A DNA stretch of 63,746 bases, filler included, from Catajapyx aquilonaris (taxonomy: Eukaryota), in the NCBI GenBank assembly GCA_000934665.2. It is 4 parts of 4 records of this genome, joined end to end, with 100 filler letters (N's around TTAATTAATTAA, not from the genome) between each part and the next. Parts side by side here need not be neighbours in the genome. Positions count along the whole stretch, not along the records: positions 31,959 to 47,774 come from JYFJ02007384.1; positions 47,875 to 63,746 come from JYFJ02007386.1; 2 more parts are not named here. One strand, written 5' to 3'. Every line of letters begins with the position of its first letter. The first letter of the stretch is position 1. The position numbers and the translations under genes are program-made. Under the pieces are notes generated by a model. The model was given only the letters and a program-made list of their open reading frames with translations, ran no database searches and was not told where the DNA came from. This document shows positions 36,495 to 49,906 of the stretch, in pieces.

Positions 36495-39400
36495 CTAGTC
36501 CTCAATCTTATCGGTGATCCAATCCTTGAAATAATGCGGGCTGGTGAAAGACGTCAACAATGGACCACAACGCCTGTTCTCCAAGCTGGGTTTCCTGTCA
36601 GGGGGTCCATCCTTGACAATACCATCCAGGTACCACCGACGATCCAGAACACCCCCTGATTGCAAGACCAGTCCTGATCCGGGGAATACTGGGCACCTAT
36701 CTGTACCTATATATACACGCGCACAGGTTAGAGAAAATAATATTATGATCATTACGGCTCATTTTCTCCACCATGAATAATCTTCATATGGAGAAATGGG
36801 GATCACATGGAAGTTGTGGAAAGAATCATAAGGGATGTTCAATAGTTTAAGTTACTACTAACCATTAATAGAAAGTGAACATAAGAAATGAGGACCTTGC
36901 GTCTGATCTGGAAGCTTCCCAATGCAGTCATTTGGACCGACAAATAAGTTAAAAGAGTTGTTTACAACTTGGGGTTTATCGTCAATGGTGCCATATTCGG
37001 TTAAGCCCAAACCTGGAACCTATACAGTAAATCAATGCTGCATTAGTAGTCTGCCCGGACCACAAAATATAAGAAACATCTGCAATATTGGTTACCCATC
37101 CTTTAATTTCTCCAACCAAGTGTGAGACTGCATTATACCAAGACGTCTTTGGCAAACAGACTGGCCTCACGTCTAATGTCATCTGAGCAGGACGATCCAA
37201 CACCAGGATGGCGATGTCAGTATCAAGTAGATTACCGGAGGATGATGATTCGTGGTGGAATATTTGCTTCACCTGGAATGTATAGACGCAGGTGTTAGAC
37301 TATAGAATGCAAAAATGTCATCATTGCATAATATTATCACTTGCATCAAATTCTTGCTGATGCTCGTCCTTGATGTCGTAGGAGCTGCTGGATTTGCCAA
37401 GAATGACTTTCAAGGAGGATGTATCATCTAGCGTAGTTCCATCAAGTCCAGTTACGCATCCTATGTCTGGAATGCAACTATCACAATTATTGGGATTGCA
37501 CGTTAGGATCAGGCGAATAATTTTCAGTCATCGTCACTCCAAACTCCAAATTCTCAATATAAGTTACGGTACTTCGACTGAAAACTACCGGACATTCGCC
37601 TCCTGAAGATTGCCTTAATCGGGATCATTTCGCGAATAGAATTGCAAGATGTATATACCAACTCTCATCCATGTAATGTTAACCTGTAATGATGAACCTG
37701 TCCTTTACAAGCGCTCCTCCGCAGATGTATCTCCAGCTACGTATTACACTGCGAACGTAAATAGCAGCATGCCACGGCCAGTTGTCGTCGTTGGTGAGCC
37801 ACCACTCCTCTCTTCTGCCGCAGTCTATTCGGAAATATACAATTTAATATATTATTAACAGTTGGTAATTTCATTAGCCTACCCAAGGAACAGGTGAAGT
37901 TGGGGGAGGGACGTTTAGACCACCATCCATCTCGTCGGCATTGTCTTCTGTGTATTACATGTCCGTCTCCGCTAATGTAATATTCGCTACATTTGAATGT
38001 AGCTACTGTGCCTTGGGGGACATTTCCTTCGTTGCAGGGAATTTTTCCATTGTTGTGAGAGCATTCAATGACCAGCCCATTACCGTTGTCTAAGATAGGT
38101 GGGCATGTTGCTGGTGCGGATGTTGATCCTTCAGTTGAGTCTGTTGGACATATCCCGCGATGTCATAGTGAAAAATAGTCTCGTTACAGAGGAAGGTCAG
38201 AGCAATCGGTATAGTAGTTCAGGTATAGTGTGGCCCATTCATGGCTGGGAACCAAGATCAGCTATGTGAAGCAACTGTACTACATGCAGTACGAAAACCA
38301 CATAACTCAGATAGTGATATCATAGAGATAGTGACATCTTTTATCTTGGTGATGAGACACATTAGGATATGCATGGATCCAAAATCGAGCTGAAGAAGCT
38401 TCTATGACCTCATGAACAATTTCTCCGTTTTCAGAGTTTTCGTATTAATCAACCGGTATTTCACAACTATGCTGATACTTACCCGGAATCTGAAACAGAG
38501 TGTCAGCGATCCAATCCCTGAAATAATACGGGCTGACGTAGGACGTCACAATCGGCTTGCAATGCTTGTACCTCGTCTTGTACTCCTCGTTGGGATTATT
38601 AAATTTGAATCCATTACTGACAATGCCTTCCAAGTAGTACCGACGGTCCAGAGGTTCCCCTGACGGAAAGACCAGGCCTCCACCGCGGAACCCTGCTGAG
38701 CATACATCTGAACCTATGCATATACGCAGAAGTTAGAGAAAATCATTATAGCTTTTTTTATCCACCAGAAATGATCTCTATGAAGTAGTAGGACTCTCAC
38801 TCTCTAGTTGGAATGACACATTAGGAGTGTACGGTGTAGATGTAGGCTTGTACTAACCTCTGGAAGGAAGTGAGCACATGAAATCCGGACCAACATTCCC
38901 TTTCAGCTGATCTGGAAGCTTCTCAATGCAGTCATTTCGACCCTGATTTCGACCCACAAGTAGATCAACAGGGATGGGTACCACACGCAGTTTATCGTCA
39001 ATGGTGCCTGCATCGGTTAAGCCCCAACCTGGAATCTACAGTAAATCAAGGCTGCGTTAGTAGTCTGCACATATCCTGCAATGGCCTACCGATCCGTTGT
39101 TTCCTGGAGCCAAGTGTGAGAGGGCACTTATCCAGGATGTCTTTGGCAAACAGACTGGCCTCACGTCTAATGTCATCTGAGCAGGACGATCCAACACCAG
39201 GATGGCGATTTCATCCAGAAACTGCTTTTCTGAGGATGAATCGCGGATGAATATTTTCTGCACCTGCAATGTAGACACGGGCGTTTGTTTACCGGGCCAA
39301 ATGATTCCTAATGCACATTACTTACATCAAATTCTTGCTGATGTTCGTCCTTAATGTCGTAAGATCTGCTGGATTTGCCAAGAATGACTTTGAAGGAGGA

Positions 39401-42073
39401 CTCGCTATATGGTGTTGTTCCATCCAGTCCAGTTACGCATCCTTTATCTATAGAATGAAACTATTACAATTATTGAATCCTGATATAACACACTCGGTAT
39501 AGTGACAGACTTCCGGTTATAGCAGACTCGAAAGGCTGGCCATGTTTCCATAAGGTCCTGACAATAATGTCACCTGAACGTTATAGGTGATTCCGGATCA
39601 TGTCGAGCATGGAATTGCACAAACCATGATCCAACTCTCATGAACAATACTGACCTGTGATGATGAACCTGTCCTTTACAAGCGACCCTGCGCAAGTGTA
39701 GATCCAGTCATGTGGTCTGCCAACGTAAATAGCCGCATGCCAGGGCCAGCTGCCCCTGGACGTAGGCTCACCTTCAATGATCTTCGATTCTTCTCTTCTG
39801 CCGCAGTCTATTCAGCATTATACAATTTAATATCATTAACAGGTTCTGTTGTTAAAATCATTGCCCTACCCAAGGAGCAGTTGAAGTTGGAAGAGAGGCC
39901 TCTAGACCACCATCCGTCTCGTCGGCATTGTCTTCTGTGGCTTACATCCCCGTCTCCGCCAGAGTAATATTTACTGCATTTTAAGGTAGCTACGGTCCCT
40001 TCCGGAATATCTTCCTTGCAAGGAATTTTTATATTGTTGTGAAAGCATTCAAGCACCAGGCCAGGACCGTTGTCTCGGATAGGCGGGCATGTTGAGGGAG
40101 TGGGCATTGATCCTCCAGTGGCGTCTGTTGGGCATAATAAATAATAATCATGTATATAAATAAAATAAAATAAAATAAAATAAAATAAAATAAAATAAAA
40201 TACTGAAATAACTTATGCCAGTACTTGCCTGGAACCTTAAACTGAGTGTCGGCAATCCAATCCCTGAAGTAATACGTGCTCGTAAAGAAAGTCACGATCG
40301 GATAGCAAGACTTGGGCTCATCTTTGGATGTCTTATTGTTGATTCCCCAACTGACAATGCCTTCCAGGTACCACCGACGGTCCAGAGCCCCACCGTATGG
40401 GAAAACAAGGCCTCCCCCGCTGTCTCCTGTGCACGTACTGTACCTGTACCTATAGAAGCACAGGCAGGGTAACAAAACATAACCACATGGGACGTATTTA
40501 AATATTGTGATTTTGGTCAACAAACAAATATTATCACAGGATCGAATGTCGATCATGGTAGAATAATTCAGATTCAACGTACGCCAGTGGAGACTATATG
40601 TACCGGTGAGGAAACATCATAGTATACTCTATTTACACTAACCATTGAAAAGAGACGCGCAAATAACTTCTGGGCCAATCCCGCCCTGCAAGTGATCTGG
40701 AAGTCTCCGAACACACTCATACAGATTCACGAAATGAAGGTTGGCCACCCGAAGTTCATCGGCAATGGTCCCATTTTCCGTCAAGCCCCAACCTGGAATC
40801 TGATCATAATCAGTACTCAGCACGTCTAATTCTGTTGATAATAGTCAACATTATTCGTCATACTGATCCAGTGCTTCCTGCAGAAAAATGAGAGAGAGTA
40901 ATTTCCCACTTCTTAGGCAGACAAACTGGCCTCACGTCCAATGTAATCTGAGCAGGACGATCCAACACCAGGATGGCGATGTCGTTTTCGATCGGAATTG
41001 CCGAGTATGACTCGTGCATGAATAATTGCGATACCTGGAATGTAGGAAGAAGTGTTATAATATAGTTACTCTGAACGACCAAATATTTCGTCAATTATTG
41101 CACTGCACTTGCATCGAATTCCTGCTGGTGATCGCCCCTAATGTCATAAGAGCTTCTGTACTTGCCAAGAATGACTTTCAAGGAGGATTCTCGATATGGC
41201 TCAGTTTCACCCTCGCGAGCTAAGCAGTGTCCAGCTGGAAGAAAATAATTGTATTTGGTCGAATTAAATGAAATTTGTTCGTGGCAACTATAGGGGATAC
41301 TGCTAAACGCAGCGACTTGAAACTTCCACCACAGAAAGATAATACAAGAGTATCAATAACTACCTCATGAATACATTTGCCCAAACGAAAATGCCTCCTG
41401 TCATAGGCTCATGTCACGACTCAAACTTCAGCATCATTTACTCGTATCTCAAAGCGCCAAAGCAGCGGAAAGTGTACCTGTAACAATGAACCTGTCCTCT
41501 ACAAGCGATCCTCCGCAAGTGTAGATCCAGTCTCTGGACCTTCGCACGTAGATGGCTGCATGCCACGGCCAGTTTCCTCTGAAGGTCGGCTGACCTTCGA
41601 AGATTTGCGGCTCTGACGACGCTATTTTCTTGCCGCAGTCTGTTCGATAAGACGCAATAAAATGTTAAGTGAAGTGATACTAACTAGTTGCCCCATTCGT
41701 TGCTTTACCCAAGGTGCAGATGTAAAGGCCGTGGGACCATGTACCGTCTGGTCGGCATTGTCTTCTGTTGCTTATTCCGAGTCCGATATAATATTTCTTG
41801 CATTTGAATGCAGCTATGGTGCCTTCCGGAACATTTCCATCCTTGCAGGAAATTTTGGCATTGTTGTGAACGCATTCAATTAACAGGCCAGGAATGGTCT
41901 CCCGAAGAGGCGGGCAAGACGCACAGGAATATCTGAAAATGTTGTGAAGTAATTTACATAAGGTTGGTGATTACACTTGTGATAGACTGTAGTTGATACT
42001 GGAATAGCGCAAGAGGTGTGTTTGGTCCTTACCTTATGGCACATAGGAAGAATAATCCGCTGTAAAATTTCAT
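36495..42073 (-). CDS. Gene B: signal peptide plus three [Sushi + protease] modules; module 1 keeps H/D/S codons but has an apparent 5-nt frameshift; modules 2-3 inactive
   Basis: MKFYSGLFFLCAIR exon; module ends splice in phase 1 into the next Sushi exon; CTGDSGGG at ~40420; CSAGFRGGG and CPVFPGSG in later modules; stop after WITDKIED. Confidence 0.78.
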
Positions 42074-42155
42074 CCTGCAAGCATGGTGTATATAGTATGT
42101 ACAGTACCCGGGCTGTCTAACTCTCTCAGAGGCAATATCTGCATATTCCTCTCTG

Positions 42156-42256
42156 CGACCTTGATTACGTAGATAAGGTAATCACGCACGTTCAGTGGCC
42201 ATTCCTTTGCGGTTGTTCAAGTGGCGTAGTAATTTATCACCCTGCATTCCCGGGAA
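42156..42256. promoter_or_regulatory. Conserved upstream block of gene B: FTZ-F1-like site and STAT-like TTCCCGGGAA
   Basis: Homologous to 35561-35649. Confidence 0.45.
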
Positions 42257-42807
42257 ATTAAGCTTCCACAGAGCGCTCGAGTAAAAATACATGTAAACCT
42301 ACTAAATATTACAAATGTGTACATTATTGTACCTGATGTTCAACCAGAGAGTGATGTGCTGGTTCTGAAACGGATTCGGTTTATTCGGAGCTGTGTAAAT
42401 GGTTCCAATGGCTGCCAACTTCTCCAAGGTTGTTAGAGTCACATTAAAATAAGGGTAAAATGATGTTCCGATAATTAATTGATCTGAGGTAGTATGTTTT
42501 ACTGTTTTATTTATATTTAAGCATTTTACATAAGCAGTTCATACATTTATGGCATTGTTATGCTCATTGTTACACATTACCAGAATGTCTCTCTATTCAA
42601 TACAGGATTTATAAGTACGGTACTACAAACATTGTGCCTAAAATAATAATTATACTGTAGTAATATTATCTTGTCATGTAAATAATCACAGAAGCAGCTG
42701 AAATTATTGTAACTGACGCTTTCGGCCAATTTCCTTTTGAACTAATCATAATTACTTATCGCTTTGTACAACAGTAACTCCTATTTGATTATTTTAAGAG
42801 CCAATAC

Positions 42808-45800
42808 CTAGCCCCTAATCACATCGGTGATCCAATCTCTGAAATAATACGGACTGGCGTAGGACACCACAAATGGACCGCAAGGGTTGAACCCCCAGGT
42901 GGAATTTGGGATGTCGAATCCATAACTGACAATTCCTTCCAGGTACCACCGACGGTCCAAAAATTCTCCTGATGGAAAGACCAGTCCTGATCCGGCGAAT
43001 CCTGGACATACACCTGTACCTATATATATACATGAAAAGTTAGAGAAAATATGATCATTACGTCTCCCTTTCTCCACCAGAAATATTATGAAGAGTAATG
43101 GGTATCCAACTATAGTTATATACATACCTGATTAAGAGTACCCAATGTATAACCTAGTATACTAACCATTGAAAGGAAGTGAGCATATGAAATCAGGACC
43201 AACTTTCCCTTGCATATGCTTCGGAAGCCTCCTAATGCAGGCATTGCGCTCGACAAATAAATTCAAAGGAATGTTTACCACCCGCAATTTATCGTCAATG
43301 GAGTAATATTCGGTTAAGCCCCAACCTGGAACCTACAATAAATCAAGCCAGAATTAGTAGTCTGCACATATCACATCTTGGGCAACTATATTGATGGTTA
43401 CCGATCCGTTGGTTCCTGGAGCCAAGTGTGAGAGTGCACTTCGCCAGGATGTCTCAGGCAGACAGACTGGCCTCACATCTAATGTCAGCCGGACAGGACG
43501 ATCCAACTCCAGGATGGCAATATCTTCAAAACGCTGATTTCGGGAGTACGATTGGGGCTTTAATATTTGCTTCACCTGGAATGTAAAGATAGGCGTTCGT
43601 TTACCAGGCCAAATTATTCCTAATGCATATCACTTGCATCAAATTCTTGCTGATTGGCATCCTTGATGACGTAAGAGCTACTATACTTGCCAAGAATTAC
43701 TTTCAAGGAGGATATATCTTCTCCTGCAGTTCCCTGCAGTTCAGTTAAGCATTCTCTGTCTAGAATGAAAGTATGATATTGGGAATGCACATATAGCCAT
43801 CATAATCAAGCGAATGTTAAACACTGGACATTGGGCACATCGACTAAAAGTTACTGATCATTCGCCGCCTGAACATTACGTGATTCGGCATGGAGAGTGT
43901 AAAAACATTTCTTTCATGCACAATATTTACCTGTGATAATGAATCTGTCATTTACAAGCGATCCTCCGCAGTGATACCTCCAGTCATGTCCACTGTTAGC
44001 GAAAAGGGCAGCATGCCACGGCCAGTTTCCTCCAGAGGTGACTTCCGACCCTTCTCTTCTGCCGCAGTCTATTCGGAAATATACAATTTAATAGGTATCA
44101 TGAAGAGTTGTTACAATTATTGTCTTACCCAATAAGCAGTTGAAGTTGGGGGAGAGGCCTCTAGACCACGATCCGTCTTGTTGGCATAGTCTTGTGTCGC
44201 TGACACCTCCGTCTCCGCTAATGTAATATTCACGGCATCTGAATGTAGCTACAGTGCCTTTGGGGACATTCCCATCCTTGCAACGAATCCTTGCATTGTT
44301 GTGAGAGCATTCAACCACCAGACCAGGACGGTTGTCTCTGATAGGTGGGCATGTTGCGGGAGTGGGCGCTGATCCTCCAGCTGCGCCTGCATATTCGATA
44401 CAATTTAGAACTAAAAGCCTCGTTAAAGAGGATTGGAACACTAAATAGTGGCAGATATTGGAATTAGCCATTGTTAGAGTCCAACAATCTCCTCTGAACA
44501 CTGGAAAGTATAGGAAACTATTATATATCCCAGCATCGCCTTGTTCCTGCAAATGCATAAACACTCCAGAGGTGGTACTCAACTTTTGAGCCGAGGTTTG
44601 CACTATATACTCAGAGGTCAAATTGTTAAAAACTGAGTTTCACTTGTTCATGTAATACGCATTATTAAAGTAACATATCTATATTTACAACTATCGTGTC
44701 CCACAGCAAAACCATTCCTGGAAGACTAGGTTTTCGGAGCTTTTCGGATAAGAGATTGTCAACCTGTATTTCCCAACCATGTCAACACTTACTAGGAATC
44801 CGAAACAGAGTGTCTGCGACCCAACTTCTGAAGTAATATGTGCTGGTAAAGAATGTCACGATAGGATCACAAGGCTTGGGCTCCTCGTTTGGTTTCTTAA
44901 TGTTGATTCCCCAACTGACGATGCCTTCCAGGTACCACCGACGGTCCAAGGATTCCCCAAAAGGAAAGACCAGTCCTCCACCGCTGTCTCCTGTGCATGT
45001 ACCTGTACCTATAAGCACATTCAGAGAAACGAAAACATGATCACTTTATTTACCCATTTTATATCGTGATTTTGGTGAACATATTATCACAGGTTCGAAT
45101 AAGGGTCGAGTTAGCTTATCCCACAGCCAGTTGAAACGACGTACTAGAAGGGCACACTAGTACTAACCATTGAAATGAGACGCGCATATCAGCTCTGGAA
45201 CGATCGCCCCCTGCAGGTGATCTGGAAGTCTCCGAGCACACTCAGGAAGACTGACGAAAGGAAGATTTGCCACCCGAAGTTCAGGGGATATGCCGCCCTT
45301 TTCGGTCAAGCCCCAACCTGGAATCTGATCAGACTTAGTACTCAGCACTTGTCCATTCTGCTAAGGTCAATATAGCCAAAAATATGTATCGTACTGATCC
45401 GAGGCTTCCTGCAGACAAATGAGACAGTGCAATTTCCCACTTCTCGGGCAGACAGACTGGCCTCACGTCCAATGTAATCTGGGCAGGACGATCCAACCAC
45501 AGGATGGCGATGTCGTTCTCAAGAGGATTTGCCGAGTATGACTCGTGCATGAACAATTGTTCCACCTGGAATGTATAGGATGAGGTGTACGTTTGCACAA
45601 CCAAACTGAATAAGATACATTTAACTTGCATTAAATTTCTGCTGGTAATCGTCCCTGGCGTCATAGGAGCTTCTGTACTTGCCGAGAATGACTTTCAAGG
45701 AGGATTCTCGATATGGCACAATTTCACCTTTGCGAGCTAAGCAGTGTCCAGCTGGAAGAAATAAATTCTGTTAGGCTATGACTCATAAACAATTGTACAA

Positions 45801-46755
45801 TTCATCGATCAAACGTTCACAAATAGTATGCTATAGTAATGATTTTAAAACCTTACTTCCTCTTAAAACGTGTAAGTGACAAAATTAAGAATACTTTTTC
45901 TATAAACTGTAAAAGTGAGTACGAATTGAAGCAGGGGAGGAATGTTATGTACTGTGCGGTACTGTGTGTGCACATTCAATCGGAACAATTATTACTAACG
46001 TCCTATTGCTAATCGCGGGATACCGTATCGATACTGTAAGAGCCGAGTTGCCACTTCCTTCCTTGCCTGATAGGATGTGACATAACTGTAGTTTTTCAAC
46101 GATAACAAATCGCCAGGTCTAGGCATGATTTTCTTTTCTACTTTTTTGTGCCATTAGAAAGAGGACCTCTTAAACTATAGAGTGTATTAATTTCATAGAA
46201 CCTGCAGTTTCATATCATTTGCCCAAATGTCTCCTCCCATTGGCGCATGTAACTTATCTTACTGAAACAGTCTTCCAAGTGTTGCTAGGCCATACAACAT
46301 TAACCTGTAACAATGAATCTGTCCTGCACAAGCGATCCTCCGCAAGTGTAGATCCAGTCTCTGCCAGTCCGCACATAGATTGCGGCATGCCACGGCCAGT
46401 TTCCTCTGGAGGTAGGCTGACCTTCGATGATCTGCGGTACTGCTGACGCTGTTTTCTTACCGCAGTCTGTTCAGTTAGAGGCAATGTAATGTTAAGTGCG
46501 AGTAAACACTAGTCGCCATTCTTCCCCTTACCCAAAGTGCAAAAGTAAAGGCCGTGGGACCACTTCCCGTCTGGCTGGCATTTTCGTCTGTTGCTTACTC
46601 CCAGGCCGATATAATATTTCTTGCATGTGAATGTAGCTACGGTGCCTGTTGGAGCATTGTCTCCCTTGCAGGAAATTCTGGCATTGTTGTGAAAGCATTC
46701 AATTTCCAGACCAGGAAAGCTTTCTCTAAGAGGTGGGCAAGACGCACAGGAATAT
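42808..46755 (-). CDS. Gene A: [Sushi + intact serine protease]-[Sushi + inactive homolog]; signal-peptide exon not visible
   Basis: PQIIEG activation site, TAGHC, ENDIAI, GTCTGDSGGG; module 2 has CPGFAGSG and no His; stop after WITDVIRG. Resembles the C-terminal Sushi-protease part of modular serine proteases. Confidence 0.82.
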
Positions 46756-46870
46756 CTACAAGAGTGTTAAAATAATTCAGTTAAAGTTCGCACTTCTCAG
46801 TTATCCTTATGGTGAAACGTAGATGTTGTAGATTGATGCTGGAGAGCATTAGAGTGGTAATTAAACTATT

Positions 46871-47673
46871 AATTATATCAAAAACTTTCCCTTCAGTAAA
46901 AAAAGATAAGTAAGACCTCCGCGGCCGAATAAAAGTACTGAAACAAGGCAGGCGCACGTAAGACCTTCACCAATTGATTTAAGCTGTACCATAGGTCTTA
47001 CTCAAGCAATTACCAATTTACTACTCATGAAATCTCCTTTCTGAAAACAAATTTGTGGAATTTCTGTCTACTTCTAACTTAGCAGTACCAGTGCAGTGCA
47101 ATGGTATACTGCTTAGTTAGCAGTAACTACAGACCTATAGTTAATAGTAATAGTAGTACGACGAAAATTCCACCCATTAATTTTCCATGAGCCACTCCAT
47201 ATTAGTGTTTTATGAAATTAGAAACTTCAATATTAAGCGCATTGAATTTCTATGCGATTAGTGTGAATTATTGCTATGAAACATTCATGCAGAATCGTCA
47301 TCTCTTTTAGATGCTGATTTTAACTCTAACATTTAATTTTTCACATATAAACGGTAATTTGTGAATTTTAGAGGGTCTTCTTTGATTGGACTAAGTCTGT
47401 AAGAATGGGTTTAGTTTTTCCCCCATTTGTTTCCTTTCATAATAAAATCCTACCTATACTGCTCTGAGTAGTTTGCAGCAGTCATTTTACGAGACGTTCC
47501 ATACAGTACTTGAGAATTGCTTGAGTAAGACCTATGGTACAGCTTAAATCAATTGGTGAAGGTCTTACGTGCGCCTGCCTTGTTTCAGTACTTTTATTCG
47601 GCCGCGGAGGTCTTACTTCTCTTTTTTTACTGAAGGGAAAGTTTTTGATATAATTTCAGTTCTTTTTTGACAG
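46871..47673. mobile_element. Long-TIR cassette, copy 2 (interior inverted relative to copy 1), in intron 1 of gene A
   Basis: Same TIRs as 14927-15769, left arm slightly truncated. Confidence 0.85.
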
Positions 47674-47774
47674 TACCCATAACTTATGCTCTACACTATA
47701 CAGTCTGCACTATGAATGCATTGGAGACGATTTTCGTCGCTTAGAAGTCCCTAAATTATTTTCACAGAGATAGT

Positions 47775-47874
47775 NNNNNNNNNNNNNNNNNNNNNNNNNN
47801 NNNNNNNNNNNNNNNNNNTTAATTAATTAANNNNNNNNNNNNNNNNNNNNNNNNNNNNNNNNNNNNNNNNNNNN
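47775..47874. other. Assembly gap with linker
   Basis: N run. Confidence 0.98.
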
Positions 47875-47961
47875 TACCAACGCCAGAGAGACAATCGGAT
47901 CGAACTACTGTATCTATCTACTGTATCTACTGATCGAACTACTGTGTTGATTACAGTAGTT

Positions 47962-48155
47962 CGAGTACTTGAACTTGCTCCCGACAGATGGACATATCTT
48001 CGCGTACTTGCACTTTCCCCCGCAAGATGGACATATCAACGCGTACTTGCACTTTCCCCCGCAAGATGGACATATCATCGCGTACTTGCACTTTCCCCCG
48101 CAAGATGGACATATCATCGCGTACTTGCACTTTCCCCCGCCAGATGGCCATATCA
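47962..48155. repeat. 39-bp minisatellite, about 4.5-5 copies
   Basis: Unit agatggacatatcatcgcgtacttgcactttcccccgca. Confidence 0.9.
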
Positions 48156-48907
48156 GTCCTTCTAGTGCTACTTTCCTCCGCCAGAGGGCCAACACTCTGC
48201 CCTCTAACGGGCGCAAGCCCAAGTTCATGCGGGCGGCCGGATTTTCACGCGAACGCCAAATAACATTGCGTGGCGAGTCTGACTACTTTGTAGTCTCTGG
48301 ACAGGAAGAGGAAGAAAGGTGGGTTCTTATTGTTTCCTCTGACCATCTTTTATTGCGTCGATACGAAGGCTGGGCCACGTGTGCTGGACGGTGCGGGAAT
48401 ATAGAGGGGCAGCTAGGGCTATGGATTGAGTTGGGGTTGGATTGGAAGGTAGAAGACAAGTAGAAGAGATGGAGGGATTGGACGTGAGTAGAGTAGTGAT
48501 GGAGTAGAGGAGGAGGTTCTTGGATTCAAAGATATGTTGGTCAGAGTAGATGGGAGGATGAAGGAGGTGGAAGGGAGAGGGAAAAGGTTGGAGAGGAAGG
48601 TTGACACACTGAAGAAGATGGTAGTCATCCATAGAGGAATGAGAGGTTGGTTGGTGTAGCGTTAGATCCAAGTACGCCGAATAGATAGGATGTGAAGTAA
48701 ACCACTTTGATAGTGTAACAGCTGCTTCTATTGTGCTCAAGTATGGTAAAAGGAGAGAGGATAAAACGTGCCATCGGTTAGGTGGGCTGTCAAGGAGTGA
48801 AGTGATATATCCAAAAGTGGGGGAGAGGACCACCTGGCTAGAGATAGGTATGTGGGAGGGGGGTGGCAATACATTCGCTCCATCTAGGGAGTACATTACA
48901 CAACAGT

Positions 48908-48945
<38 letters not shown>

Positions 48946-49594
48946 TGTAGGCTACATTAAAACCTGACCATGTTGGACACGGACAATTCCAAGAAAATTG
49001 TTACCTGTGACCAACATAATGATAATAGTATTTCAATCTCTCGGGTTTCATAGTGCAGCACAGTAATGTACGAGTAAGTACTGTACAGTAATCATCCAGT
49101 AATTAACTTCAACGCATGTTTCCTTATTTTTGGTACAGTGCAGCACAGTGTACATGCAATTTCTGAAACTGGCCTACTTTTTGGTTCATAAATCGGTAAC
49201 AAGTGACTGGTTTAATAAGAGAAATGTCAAATTTTCGGGAGGCAGCAAAAATGTCTTCAATGATGCCAAAGCACAAAGTTCTAATAGACCATCCCAATTA
49301 AAGGGGGGGGGGGGGGTGTCATTCAAACCATGTCACAACCAGGTTTTACAGCACATTCATTTTATATGTTGATTTACTTGTGTATCCTGCAACACCTGCT
49401 TCAGGACTCATCTGCATTGCCACCATATTCATCCCCCTTTTTCAGGATGTTGTCATAGAGTTGGCAATGTCACTTGAAGACATGAAGACATGCTTCACAA
49501 ATTATGTATGCAGAGCTCAGCGTGGCTCAAGTTTTAGAAAAAAAACGAGAATACCATCATGTAGAGTAAATGTGAAAATTGTACTGCACTTGTC

Positions 49595-49906
49595 CAGTAC
49601 TGGGCATAATAGCATATCATCAATGTAAACAACGGCTTTGGCGTTACCTGGCAACCGGGCGTGTTCGGACATTGGCATATGGAGAGTGCTTAGCATTCTT
49701 TCTATTGTTGCCACTGTCTGCAGGTAGCGATTGATGCTGGGCGACCTAGCGATGGGTCTGCAGGCGTACTAATGCATGACATCGGAATAAGCTGACTGAG
49801 GGGATATTATTTTGAGAAGGCGCCGATGTCCAGGCACGCCCAGTTGCCAGGTAACGCCAAAGCCATTTTTTTACATTTTTATGATATGCTGTTATGCCCG
49901 GTACTG
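49595..49906. mobile_element. Small foldback MITE related to 53075-54294
   Basis: cagtactgggcata...tatgcccggtactg arms; shares the acctggcaac and atggagagtgctt motifs. Confidence 0.65.

Noticed and set aside
47962..48155. Regular 39-bp repeats resembling a CRISPR array or a CxxC repeat protein
   Set aside because: Units are head-to-tail with no unique spacers, no cas genes and a eukaryotic context; the ORFs are by-products of a unit length divisible by three
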